The translations under genes were made by a program, and so were the position numbers. A stretch of DNA of 64,000 nt from Dehalococcoidia bacterium (GTDB taxonomy: Bacteria; Chloroflexota; Dehalococcoidia; Lucifugimonadales; JAGWBF01), in NCBI GenBank assembly GCA_964291465.2, contig OZ219935.1:8229-72228 (forward strand), in the 5' to 3' direction. This document shows, piece after piece, positions 45,532-54,499 of the stretch. A model generated the notes under the pieces. It saw nothing but the letters and a program-made list of their open reading frames with translations. It ran no database searches and was not told the origin of the DNA. The stretch's first letter is position 1. Every line of letters begins with the position of its first letter.

Positions 45532-46332
45532 CTAGGTCCCGATGCGTACCGGGTCCGTCGCGTCCCTCACCGAGCGTATGATGGACAGCACCGTCAGCCG
45601 CCCCGTCCGGGGGTTCTCGGTGGGCGTGTTCTCGATGTGAATGGTGAGCAGGCCGAACTCCCCTTCGACCTCCACGTCGTGGCAGTTGCGCTCCAGGCCG
45701 GGCACCGCCAGGATCCTGATCATGGTCCTGTCGGGCCCCAGTCCGGCCAGGCTCACGGCGGCCGACACGTTGACGTTGGCCGGGAACCCCCGGCACGCCT
45801 CGCGCGCCGTGCCGTAGAAGACGTCCATCTCGTGGTCCAGGCCCTCCAGGTCGATGCCGTTCTCCACCAGGTAGGGCGCCCCCTCCAGGGCCTCGGGGGG
45901 CTTGCGGGTGACCATCGTCACCCGGTCCACGCCCCCGGCGCACGCCGACTTGATGCCGTCCAGCCCGGCGATGGCCCCCGAGGGCGCCATCAGCCTGCAC
46001 CCTGTCTCCCGGGAACGATCCATCACCTCCGGGTGGTCTAGGAGCGCCCCAACGCTTATGACCATCAGGTCCTTGCCCGCGTCGAAGGTCTGCCTGGCGA
46101 GGTCGGGCACGATGTGCCCCCCCGCCGCCTCCACCACCAGCGTGGACCGGTCGATCAGCTCCTCCAGGTCCAGGTAGGGGGGCGGGTCACCGAGCTCGGA
46201 CAGAAAGGCCTTGGCCTTCTCGGCGTTCCGGCTTGCGACTCCGGCCACGGGAGGAATCCCTCCCGACTGGGCCTCCCGCACCAGGGACCTCCCTATCGCT
46301 CCGCAGCCGACAATGCCGATGGAAGCAGCCAT
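45532..46332 (-). CDS. L-aspartate dehydrogenase-like (NadX/DUF108 family) protein
   Basis: The start is MAASIGIVGCGAIG (ATG at 46330-46332). NVNVSAAVSLAG...NCHDVEVEGEFG...NPRTG matches aspartate dehydrogenase motifs. Confidence 0.75.
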   Translation of the reverse strand: MAASIGIVGCGAIGRSLVREAQSGGIPPVAGVASRNAEKAKAFLSELGDPPPYLDLEELIDRSTLVVEAAGGHIVPDLARQTFDAGKDLMVISVGALLDHPEVMDRSRETGCRLMAPSGAIAGLDGIKSACAGGVDRVTMVTRKPPEALEGAPYLVENGIDLEGLDHEMDVFYGTAREACRGFPANVNVSAAVSLAGLGPDRTMIRILAVPGLERNCHDVEVEGEFGLLTIHIENTPTENPRTGRLTVLSIIRSVRDATDPVRIGT

Positions 46333-46520
46333 CGCACCCCTCTCCTCGTGAATGTCTCCCGCCCGGGCAGGACACTCATTATACACCGGCGCCCAAGACC
46401 GGCCGGGGGACCAGGCGCCAGTCCAATCCCCAAGTATGGGCAGGAGGCCCCGGGGCGAGTACAATAGCACTGTCCGCACCGACCATCCGCCGCCGTCAGG
46501 CCGCTCCCCGAGGAGGAGAC

Positions 46521-47603
46521 ATGATCATAGACAACCACGTCCACCTGTTTCCGGACCAGGCAGGCCCCGCGGGATACGAGGACGTAGCCGCCCACGAACA
46601 GGAGCTGCAGAAGAAGGTCGGCAGGCTGTGGAGAGACCGCATGGTCACCAGCCACACCGACCACAGGTACATCCCCGAGCCCGGCGAGGACGTCGGGTTC
46701 TCCGTGGGCAAGTACGGCAAGTGGAACTGGACCAAGCACGGCGAGACCTGCTGGATGCTCCGGGGCCCCGTGATGCTGGAGGACATGGTCCACAGCCCCG
46801 AGCAGATGCTGGCCCACATGGACGCCGTGTGCGTGGACATGGCCGTCCTCGAGGGCGGCTACATGGAGCCCAACTACGAGCGCACCCGGTTCGTCCCGGA
46901 GATCATAAGCAAGTGGCCCGACAGGTTCATCGGCACCGTCTCCATCCAGTACGACCTGACCCAGAGCGACGAGTACCTCCAGGGCGAGATACTGAAGCTG
47001 ACAGAGGCGGTGGAGGAGCACGGCTTCAAGGGGCTCTTCTCGGCGTTGCCCAAGGGCCAGCCCGTGGACGACCCCCGCTGCGACCCTCTGTGGAAGGAGG
47101 CGGTGCGCCTGGGCATACCCGTGTGCATCGACACCGGCCTCAACTCCAGGGACGACTACATGGCCGAGATACGGGCCATCGAGAGCGTCTGCCGCAGGTT
47201 CCCGGAGCTGAACGTCATCGACGGCCACGTGGGCGGCAACCTGCGCAACCCGAGGGACCCCGAGTACGTGGACAACCCCAGGGAGTTCTTCGACCTGCTC
47301 AAGCTGGGCAACTTCTACCTGGAGTTCGGCTGCGTGCTGATCTTCGAGCGATGGTCCACCTGGGGACGGGACTACGAATACCCCTACCGCAGGCACCAGC
47401 AGTTCCTCAAGACCGCCTACGAGAACTTCGGCGCCCGCAACCTCATCTGGGGCACCGACATGCCCTGGTGCCAGCGGGTGGTCACCTACCGCCAGAACTG
47501 GGACGTGGTGCGACTCCACACCGAGTTCATGACCGACGAGGACCGCGCCCTGATAATGGGCGACAACCTGGCCAGGATATACAGGGTCGCCCAGCCCACC
47601 TAG
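46521..47603 (+). CDS. amidohydrolase-2 (TIM-barrel metal hydrolase) family protein
   Basis: ATG at 46521 after AGGAGGAG, with MIIDNHVHLFPD as the metal-binding HxH motif. The upstream part of track ORF 46233-47603 is an artefact. Confidence 0.75.
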   Translation: MIIDNHVHLFPDQAGPAGYEDVAAHEQELQKKVGRLWRDRMVTSHTDHRYIPEPGEDVGFSVGKYGKWNWTKHGETCWMLRGPVMLEDMVHSPEQMLAHMDAVCVDMAVLEGGYMEPNYERTRFVPEIISKWPDRFIGTVSIQYDLTQSDEYLQGEILKLTEAVEEHGFKGLFSALPKGQPVDDPRCDPLWKEAVRLGIPVCIDTGLNSRDDYMAEIRAIESVCRRFPELNVIDGHVGGNLRNPRDPEYVDNPREFFDLLKLGNFYLEFGCVLIFERWSTWGRDYEYPYRRHQQFLKTAYENFGARNLIWGTDMPWCQRVVTYRQNWDVVRLHTEFMTDEDRALIMGDNLARIYRVAQPT

Positions 47604-47632
47604 GCAACAGCCAGGGCCCAACAACCCCCTCT

Positions 47633-47728
47633 CCCCATGGGAGAGGGCCGGGGTGAGGGCGCAAGCCCCATGGGAGAGGGCCGGGGTGAGGGCGCAAGCC
47701 CCATGGGAGAGGGCCAGGGTGAGGGCGC
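47633..47728. repeat. 3 x 33-bp tandem repeat (REP-like, hairpin-forming)
   Basis: The unit ccccatgggagagggccggggtgagggcgcaag starts at 47633, 47666 and 47699. The junctions form GGGC-GCAA-GCCC hairpins, and the first unit extends to the 9-bp palindrome ccctctccc-cat-gggagaggg. Confidence 0.8.
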
Positions 47729-48045
47729 CGCTTCCCAAAGCCGCGGGGCCTGTGTTATATTGTCTGCAGCGAACAAGCGTGGCGTCAGGCCATGGCATCT
47801 GAGGTAAACGTATTCTCGGCAAACTGCTCCGCAAGCTGACCACCGTAGTTCCAGGAAACACGCCCACCAGCCCCACCGTCGAACAGAGCCCCCCGGAGAC
47901 CGCCCCTCCCCATCGGACCGCTGTCCCGGCTGCAGCTGAGTCCCCCGCGCCGCCCGCCCCGAAACGGCCATCCAGGAGAAACCGTCGTGGCCGCGGCCGG
48001 CGTCCGCGCACGGGGGAGCCGCCCGACACCCCTCGCTCCCCGGCC

Positions 48046-49200
48046 GTGGCCCCCCCGGACAGCGGGCGGCCCGCCCCCGCCTCCTTCGGAGGCCTGGACG
48101 TCTCCCCGCCTGTGGGCAGCGCCCTGGCCGCCATGGGATACGAGGCGCCCACCCCCATCCAGGAGCTGGTCATACCCATCGCCAGGGCCAACAGGGACCT
48201 GGTCGGGCAGGCCCAGACGGGCACCGGCAAGACAGCGGCCTTCGGCATTCCCCTGGTGGAGGCCGTAGACCCCGGGGCCCGGCACATCCAGGCGCTGGTA
48301 CTGACGCCCACTCGAGAGCTGGCCGTACAGGTGTCCAAGGAGCTGTCCCGGCTGGCCGAGTTCTCGGGGATACGCTCCGTCGCCATCTACGGCGGCCAGG
48401 CCATGAGCCGCCAGCTTACGGCGCTCTCCGAGGGAGTCCAGATAGTCGTGGCCACTCCGGGCCGCCTCATGGACCACATGCAGAGGCGGACCATCGACAT
48501 CGGCAGGGTGCGCCACGTGGTCCTGGACGAGGCCGACCAAATGCTGGACATCGGCTTCGCGCCGGACATCCACTACATCCTGCGGCGCACCCCCGAATCG
48601 CGCCAGACCCTCCTCTTCTCCGCCACCATGCCCGGCCCCATCCACGCCCTCGCCCGCCGGTACCTCACCAACCCCGAGTGGCTCCGGGTGGGCGGGGACG
48701 CCGAGCCCGTGGAGCAGGTCAGCCAGATATACTACGAGGTCTCCGAGCGGGACCGAGCCGCCTTCTTCGAGGAGCTGCTCGGCGACGAAGGACGAATCAC
48801 CCAGGCCCTGGTGTTCCGTCGGACCAAGATCGGCGTGGACAGGCTGGTGGACCACCTGCGCCGGCGGCAGCACGACGTGCAGGCCATCCACGGCGACATG
48901 ACCCAAGCCCACCGGGACAGCGTCATGGGCAGGTTCCGGGCCGGCAAGCTCAGGGTCCTCGTGGCCACCAACGTGGCCGCCAGGGGCCTGGACATCCCCG
49001 CGGTGTCCCACGTGATCAACTACGACATCCCCGACAACGTGGAGGAGTACGTCCACCGCATCGGCAGGACGGCCCGGATGGGCCGCTTCGGCACCGCCAT
49101 CACCTTCGTCTCCGAGTGGGACTTCGCCGTGCTGGACATGATCCAGGCCCACGTCGGCGACGACCTCCAGCGCGCCGACCTGCCGGCCCTGCGCCGCTAG
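48046..49200 (+). CDS. DEAD-box ATP-dependent RNA helicase
   Basis: 384 aa with a GTG start. It has a Q-motif (PTPIQ), AQTGTGKT, DEAD, SAT and HRIGRTAR. Confidence 0.9.
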   Translation: MAPPDSGRPAPASFGGLDVSPPVGSALAAMGYEAPTPIQELVIPIARANRDLVGQAQTGTGKTAAFGIPLVEAVDPGARHIQALVLTPTRELAVQVSKELSRLAEFSGIRSVAIYGGQAMSRQLTALSEGVQIVVATPGRLMDHMQRRTIDIGRVRHVVLDEADQMLDIGFAPDIHYILRRTPESRQTLLFSATMPGPIHALARRYLTNPEWLRVGGDAEPVEQVSQIYYEVSERDRAAFFEELLGDEGRITQALVFRRTKIGVDRLVDHLRRRQHDVQAIHGDMTQAHRDSVMGRFRAGKLRVLVATNVAARGLDIPAVSHVINYDIPDNVEEYVHRIGRTARMGRFGTAITFVSEWDFAVLDMIQAHVGDDLQRADLPALRR

Positions 49201-49400
49201 GCGCTTTCTTCCTCGACCATTCCCGGCGCGCAACACCCTGGCATGACGCCCCTTGGCGCGGATGACACATCGCCCTTGACAGGCCCGAGACCAGCTCCTC
49301 AGACTGATACCGTAGCGACACCACGCCATCGGCCAAGACCCTCGTCGGCCGCTTTTGACTGGGCACTGGAGGCTTCGTACCCGTGACCGAATTGTCCCTT

Positions 49401-49424
49401 AATTGTTCCTCCGGAGGAACAATT
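49401..49424. promoter_or_regulatory. 24-bp perfect palindrome upstream of adh
   Basis: AATTGTTCCTCC/GGAGGAACAATT. A partial half-site, aattgtcc, lies at 49390-49397. It sits 115 nt before the TTG start at 49539. Confidence 0.4.
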
Positions 49425-49538
49425 CCATCCCTCCTCACCGTCGTTCCGGCTCGGGTGCCGGAATCCCCCTCTACCCACTGCCCGTGTTCCGGGCTATAAT
49501 TGGTTGGGAATCGTGGAATCCACCCGTAGGAGCGTCCC

Positions 49539-50618
49539 TTGAAAGCTGCCGTCGTCTACGAGCCCCACGCACCCATCAGGGTAGAGGAGCTGGACCTTGA
49601 CGGTCCCGGGCCCCAGGAGGTCCGTGTGAAGCTGGTCGGCGGAGGTGTCTGCCGCAGCGACTATCACACGGTGGACGGCCACACCACCCCCATCAGCTTT
49701 CCATGGCTGCTGGGCCACGAGGGCTCCGGTGTCGTCCAGCAGGTCGGAGCGGCGGTGACGGACCTGGCCCCAGGGGACCACGTCATCTTCTCCCTGGCCG
49801 GCCAGTGCGGCCACTGCCGCACCTGCGTGACCGGCAGGCCCAACCTGTGCGAGACCTACCCCACCTACATGAGACAGGGCGCCGACGCCCGGTTCAGCAA
49901 GGACGGGGTCCCCTACGCCCACGGGCTCGCCACCTTCTCCCAGGAGACGGTGGTCAGGTCCAGCTCCCTGGTGAAGGTCCCCGAGGAGATCCCACTGGAG
50001 AAGGTCTGCCTCATCGGCTGCGCCGTGATGACGGGAGTGGGCGCGGTGGTCAACCGGGCCAGGGTCGAGACGGGCAGCAACGTCGCCATATTCGGATGCG
50101 GGGGCGTAGGCCTGAACGTCGTGCAGGGCGCGAGGCTGGCGTCAGCGGCCAGGATAATCGCGGTGGACACGTCCGACTTCAAGCTGGAGAAGGCCGGCGA
50201 GATGGGCGCCACCCACTTCGTCAACGCCGACAAGGAGGACCCGGTCAAGCGGGTCCTGGAGATCACCAACGGCGGAGTCGACTACGCCTTCGAGGTCGTG
50301 GGCTTTCCGTCGATAGTGCGCCAGGCCTTCGACTGCACCGCCCCGGGCGGCACGGCGGTCATGGTGGGGGTCCCTCCCACCGGGTCCGAGGTCTCCGTCC
50401 CGGCCCAGACCCTGTTCCGGGACCGGGGCCTCCTGGGCACCTTCTACGGCGCCGGCAGGCCCAGGGTGGACTTCCCCTGGCTCCTGAGCCTCTACATGGA
50501 TGGCAGGCTCAAGCTCGACGAGATGATCACCAGGTATCGTCCCCTGGAGGAGATCAACGAGGCCTACGAGGACATGCGGAGCGGGGTCGCAACCCGCTCC
50601 ATCCTCACCTTCGACTAG
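49539..50618 (+). CDS. zinc-dependent alcohol dehydrogenase (class III / mycothiol-formaldehyde dehydrogenase-like)
   Basis: 359 aa. It has GVCRSDYH, GHEGSGVV, the structural zinc motif CGHCRTCVTGRPNLC, and GCGGVG. Confidence 0.9.
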   Translation: MKAAVVYEPHAPIRVEELDLDGPGPQEVRVKLVGGGVCRSDYHTVDGHTTPISFPWLLGHEGSGVVQQVGAAVTDLAPGDHVIFSLAGQCGHCRTCVTGRPNLCETYPTYMRQGADARFSKDGVPYAHGLATFSQETVVRSSSLVKVPEEIPLEKVCLIGCAVMTGVGAVVNRARVETGSNVAIFGCGGVGLNVVQGARLASAARIIAVDTSDFKLEKAGEMGATHFVNADKEDPVKRVLEITNGGVDYAFEVVGFPSIVRQAFDCTAPGGTAVMVGVPPTGSEVSVPAQTLFRDRGLLGTFYGAGRPRVDFPWLLSLYMDGRLKLDEMITRYRPLEEINEAYEDMRSGVATRSILTFD

Positions 50619-50707
50619 GCACGGGCGTCCAGCTTCGCCCGGCCCGCGGGGCAGGCTCCAGGCGGGCACGGACGCGGGGCGGGCAACGCAACACCACGGA
50701 GGCGGCA

Positions 50708-51748
50708 ATGGCAAGCAGCGGCACGGGGTCCGGCATGGTCGGGGCCAGCGACTCCATCGAGGCCATCGAGGAGTGCTACAGACTGGGCTGGACCGACGGC
50801 CTGCCCGTCGTGCCTCCCGCCGACTACAAGGTCCGGCAGATGCTGGACGCGGCCGGGCTCGACGGGAGCGAGCCGTTGCTGGAGCTGAGGATGCGCCGGC
50901 GCCTCCTTACAGCCGAGAACGCCGCCGCCTGCGCCGTCATGGCCGGCTGCCTGCCCGAGTACTTCCCGGTACTGGTGACGGTCCTGAGGGCGCTGGACGA
51001 GGAGACCAACGTCGTCCACGGCTTCTCCGCCTCCACCAGCTCTCCCGTGCCCGTCCTGCTGCTCAACGGCCCCATCCGCAAGGAGATCGGGATAAACTGC
51101 GGCCACGGCCTGTTCGGCCCCGGCAGCCGCGCCAACGTCACCATCGGGCGGGCCATCCGCCTGGTCTTCATCAACGGCTTCGACGCCCGGCCCGGCACCC
51201 TGGACCGGGGCACCATGGGGGACGTGGGCAAGTTCAGCCTCTGCATCGGGGAGGACGAGGAGGGCAGCCCCTGGGAGCCCTTCCACGTCGAGCGGGGGTT
51301 CCGGGCCGGGGACAGCACCGTCACCGTCGCCTCGGGACACGCCCCGGTGACGGTCAACAGCCGCCACGGAACCGACGCAGAGAGCATACTACTCGCCTTC
51401 GCCGACACCATGTGCTCCGGGGCCATGACCATCGGCTGGCCTTGCGAGTGGATGCTGGTCGTGGGCCCCGAGCATGCCAGAACCCTCCGGGACGAGGGGT
51501 ACGACAAGGCCGCCATCCGGGGGTTCCTCCTGGAACACGCCAGGCGCCCGGTGGAGGAGCTGAAGCGCATGGGCATGTATCCGGGGAAGATCGAGGCGGG
51601 AGACGCCTCCACCATAGCCGTCGCCGCCAAGTCCCCCGGGGACATCTTCGTGCTGGCCGCCGGCGGCGACGGAGGCCGGTACAGCTCCATCATCAACCTG
51701 GCCATCTTCAGGGCCAAGACCCGGAAGATCGAGGCCCCCGGGGCCTAG
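50708..51748 (+). CDS. conserved hypothetical protein (~346 aa)
   Basis: ATG at 50708 after ACGGAGG, inside alternate-frame track ORF 49703-51748. It has coding-like composition and a GWTDGLPVVPP motif, but I recognise no domain. Confidence 0.55.
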   Translation: MASSGTGSGMVGASDSIEAIEECYRLGWTDGLPVVPPADYKVRQMLDAAGLDGSEPLLELRMRRRLLTAENAAACAVMAGCLPEYFPVLVTVLRALDEETNVVHGFSASTSSPVPVLLLNGPIRKEIGINCGHGLFGPGSRANVTIGRAIRLVFINGFDARPGTLDRGTMGDVGKFSLCIGEDEEGSPWEPFHVERGFRAGDSTVTVASGHAPVTVNSRHGTDAESILLAFADTMCSGAMTIGWPCEWMLVVGPEHARTLRDEGYDKAAIRGFLLEHARRPVEELKRMGMYPGKIEAGDASTIAVAAKSPGDIFVLAAGGDGGRYSSIINLAIFRAKTRKIEAPGA

Positions 51749-51797
51749 ACACGCAGCCCGCCCGGGCGGCGGGGACACGACGAGTAAAGGAGGAGCG

Positions 51798-52358
51798 GTG
51801 GCGACGGAAGTAATGGTAAGAGGTCTGCGGCTCGTGGACCCCACCGGCAAGGACATGGACCCCGAGGAGTTTCGTCTCACCAACAGGCCCGACGACCTGA
51901 GGGGAAAGACCCTGGGCCTGCTGGAGAACAGCAAGGCGAACTCGGACAAGGTGCTCAAGGAGCTGGGCGAAATCCTGGACCAGGAGTTCGAGTTCAGGGA
52001 CGTCCTCTACTTCAGCAAGCACAACGCCTCCCTGCCCACCAAGCCCGAGGTGATAAAGGACATCCTGGAGACGTGCGACATCCTGGTCATCGGAGTCGGG
52101 GATTGAGGGGGCTGCAGCTCGTGCAGTGTGCACGACGGAATCGAGATGGAGAAGCTGGGCATCCCCACGGCCACCATCATCACCGACATCTTCGACAACA
52201 CGGCCAAGGCCATGGCCCGGATGATGGGAGTCCCTGACTTCAGCTACGGGGTGGCCAGCCACCCCCTGTCCAGCCTGACGCCCGAGGGGATAACCGAGCG
52301 GGCCCGCCAGCTTGCGCCCCAGGTGAAGAAGATCCTCCTGGAGGGCAGGGCGGCCTAG
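51798..52358 (+). CDS. candidate selenoprotein (UxxC motif; UGA 52104-52106 read as Sec)
   Basis: Track ORFs 51798-52106 and 52128-52358 are in the same frame, separated only by TGA. The read-through gives ...CDILVIGVGD-U-GGCSSCSVHDGIEMEKLGIPTATIITD.... AAGGAGGAG lies before the GTG at 51798. A SECIS-like hairpin follows the TGA, and tRNA-Sec is present in this window. Confidence 0.6.
52107..52136 (+). other. SECIS-like stem-loop
   Basis: A 6-bp stem (52119-24 with 52130-35) with an AGUGU loop starts 12 nt after the UGA. An alternative hairpin, GCUGCA-GCUCG-UGCAGU, lies at 52111-52127. Confidence 0.4.
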
Positions 52359-52855
52359 GCCTCTTCCACTTCCGCCGCAGCCTCGTACTTGGAGGGGCAC
52401 TTCACGATCACCGTGTCGGTGTGGAACACCCCCCCGTCCCCGAAGCTGCCCTGCAGCACTATGTCCGAGTGGGGGTTGAAGAAGAGGTCCGGCAGGACGC
52501 CGTCGTAGACGCTGGGCAGCGCCTCGCCCTGGTCCGCAAGGGAGAAGGTCGCCAGGGTGGTGCCATCCACCCTCTGGAAGGAGTCGGGCACCAGCTTGCC
52601 CATGACCCGCAGGCTCCTCCCGTCCTGGTTGGTCTCGTCGGCCAGGAACTCGTCGACGGTGACGTAGTAGAGGGTATTCCCAGGGAAGGCGGCGTAGATA
52701 AGGTATCCCAGCGCCAGGACCAATACGAGCCCTACGACTAGCAGCCTGGTCTTATTGTTGATGATCCCGTTGCCTTCCGCCGCGGTCTCCAGGGGACCGC
52801 TCTTCTCGCCTTCTATCATATCCTGACTTTCACGGGCATGTCCTGACCGGCACAA
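52355..52855 (-). CDS. ccmE: cytochrome c maturation heme chaperone CcmE, CxxxY variant
   Basis: 166 aa (alternative start ATG at 52819). It has an N-terminal TM, an OB-fold (LRVMGKLV...), and a C-terminal VKCPSKYE where canonical CcmE has HxxxY. Confidence 0.8.
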   Translation of the reverse strand: MCRSGHARESQDMIEGEKSGPLETAAEGNGIINNKTRLLVVGLVLVLALGYLIYAAFPGNTLYYVTVDEFLADETNQDGRSLRVMGKLVPDSFQRVDGTTLATFSLADQGEALPSVYDGVLPDLFFNPHSDIVLQGSFGDGGVFHTDTVIVKCPSKYEAAAEVEEA

Positions 52856-52879
52856 ATATACACGGAGGCCGTCCCAGTT

Positions 52880-53062
52880 TCAATCCTCCATACGGGCGGC
52901 GGGCTCCCGCGGACCCTCCCGTTCTGCCAGCTCATTCCTGAGATCACGTATCTCGCGCTCCATCTCTCGTTGCTTCCGGGACATGAAGAAGACGTACAGA
53001 AAAAATGCCACCCACGTAACGGCGTAAGCGGCGAAGAGATAGGGCAGGTTGTCCGAGGGCAT
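52880..53062 (-). CDS. ccmD: heme exporter protein CcmD
   Basis: 60 aa with a single TM (YLFAAYAVTWVAFFLYVFF) and a charged tail, positioned between ccmC and ccmE. Confidence 0.6.
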   Translation of the reverse strand: MPSDNLPYLFAAYAVTWVAFFLYVFFMSRKQREMEREIRDLRNELAEREGPREPAARMED

Positions 53063-53080
53063 CGTTACACCACCGAGGTT

Positions 53081-53821
53081 TCAGGCTCTGGCGCCGGTCC
53101 GCACGGCGTATCCGGACCTCCTCAGATCGTCCTCGTTGCGCCGCATGGAGAACCTCTCCCGCAGCAGCACCGCGTACAGTACCGTGAAGGTGAGGACCGA
53201 GAACATCAGCACGGTCCTCATATCCGCATCGAGGCTTCCCGGCTCCGAGAGGGGCCCGACCACCACCGACGGGTGCGCCGCCCGCCACCAGTCGGCGGCG
53301 AAGTAGACTATGGGGACGTCGATGAACCCGACGATTCCGAGCACGGCGGCGAAGGTCGCGCCCCTGGACCGGTTGGGCGCGTACCCCCTCAACATCAGGT
53401 AGACCACGTAGATCACCCACAGTATCACCGACGTGGTCAGCTTGGGCTCCCACGTCCACCACACGCCCCAGACCGGCCTCATCCAGATGATCCCCGTGAT
53501 AAGGATCAGGGTGGCGAACACGACCCCGATCTCGGCGGCCGAGTAGGCCAGGGCGTCCCACCTGGAGTCCCGCTTCCACAGGTAGGCGATGGACGCCACG
53601 AAGACGACGAAGAAGGAGAAAAAGGCCACCCACGCTATGGCCACGTGGAAGTACATTATCCTCTGCACGTCCCCCATCACCTGCTCGGTGGGGGCCCACA
53701 TGAAGATGAGGTACAGGTCCACCACCATCAGGGCCGCCGCAGCGGCCAGAGCCAGCGTCCACGGCGAGACGAGCTGGCCCATAAGGGACGCGGACGGCCG
53801 GTCACCCCGAGTCGTAGCCAA
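53081..53821 (-). CDS. ccmC: heme exporter / cytochrome c assembly protein CcmC
   Basis: 246 aa with the W-rich motif WGVWWTWEPKLT and conserved His-containing loops. Confidence 0.9.
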   Translation of the reverse strand: MATTRGDRPSASLMGQLVSPWTLALAAAAALMVVDLYLIFMWAPTEQVMGDVQRIMYFHVAIAWVAFFSFFVVFVASIAYLWKRDSRWDALAYSAAEIGVVFATLILITGIIWMRPVWGVWWTWEPKLTTSVILWVIYVVYLMLRGYAPNRSRGATFAAVLGIVGFIDVPIVYFAADWWRAAHPSVVVGPLSEPGSLDADMRTVLMFSVLTFTVLYAVLLRERFSMRRNEDDLRRSGYAVRTGARA

Positions 53822-53824
53822 GGG

Positions 53825-54499
53825 TTACTCCTCCACCACGAGGCCGAATACCCACGGACATACTACCAGAAACACCGCGTCGAATACAGCTATGAGCCCA
53901 AGCCAGCGTGCTATGCCGATGGGGCCCTCGCCGCCTATGGCCAGGGACGACGCCTCCACGGCTCCGATGATGACGGGCACGATGACGGGCAGGAACAGCA
54001 CCGGGAGCATTATCTCCCGGGATCTGGTGTTCACGGCGATGGTCGAGAAGAGGGTGCCCACCGTGGCGAATCCCAGGGTCGCCAGGAGGATGGCCAGCAC
54101 CAGCCCAAGGGAAAGGGCCGAGAAGCCGAACAGGACCGCGAAGACCGGCAGCAGCAGCGCCTCCACCACCAGCATGAACAGCAGGGTGCCCAGCATCTTC
54201 CCGAAGTAGATGGCGTCCCGGCTGGCCGGCGTGAGCAGCAGGCCGTCCAGGCTGCCCCGCTCCTTCTCCAGGACGAAGGCCCGGTTCATGGCCAGGACCC
54301 CCGCGAACGCGAAGGCGACCCAGAGGATGCCCGCCGCCACCCCGTCGACCACCGCGGGGGTGACGTTCAGGGCGAAGTTGAAGACGATGACCGTCAGCAG
54401 GCCGAAGACCAGCACCGACACCACCACGTCCCGGGTACGGATCTCCAGCAGGATGTCCTTCCAGGCCAGGGCGACGACGGGGCCCAGTGCCCGCCTCAC
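53825..54499 (-). CDS. ccmB: heme exporter protein CcmB
   Basis: The GTG start (54497-54499) overlaps the ccmA stop (GTGA). The protein is 224 aa with 6 TM helices (VALAWKDILLEIRTRD...). The upstream part of track ORF 53825-55270 is antisense-like artefact overlapping ccmA. Confidence 0.85.
   Translation of the reverse strand: MRRALGPVVALAWKDILLEIRTRDVVVSVLVFGLLTVIVFNFALNVTPAVVDGVAAGILWVAFAFAGVLAMNRAFVLEKERGSLDGLLLTPASRDAIYFGKMLGTLLFMLVVEALLLPVFAVLFGFSALSLGLVLAILLATLGFATVGTLFSTIAVNTRSREIMLPVLFLPVIVPVIIGAVEASSLAIGGEGPIGIARWLGLIAVFDAVFLVVCPWVFGLVVEE

Noticed and set aside
47633-47728. Possible CRISPR array.
   Set aside because: The units are directly adjacent (period 33 bp, no spacers), there are only three copies, and there are no cas genes.
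47600-47971. 123-aa minus-strand ORF translating the 33-bp repeats (PSPMGLAPSPRPSPMG...).
   Set aside because: The product consists of repeat-derived low-complexity peptide and has no RBS. The region is better explained as an intergenic REP-like array.
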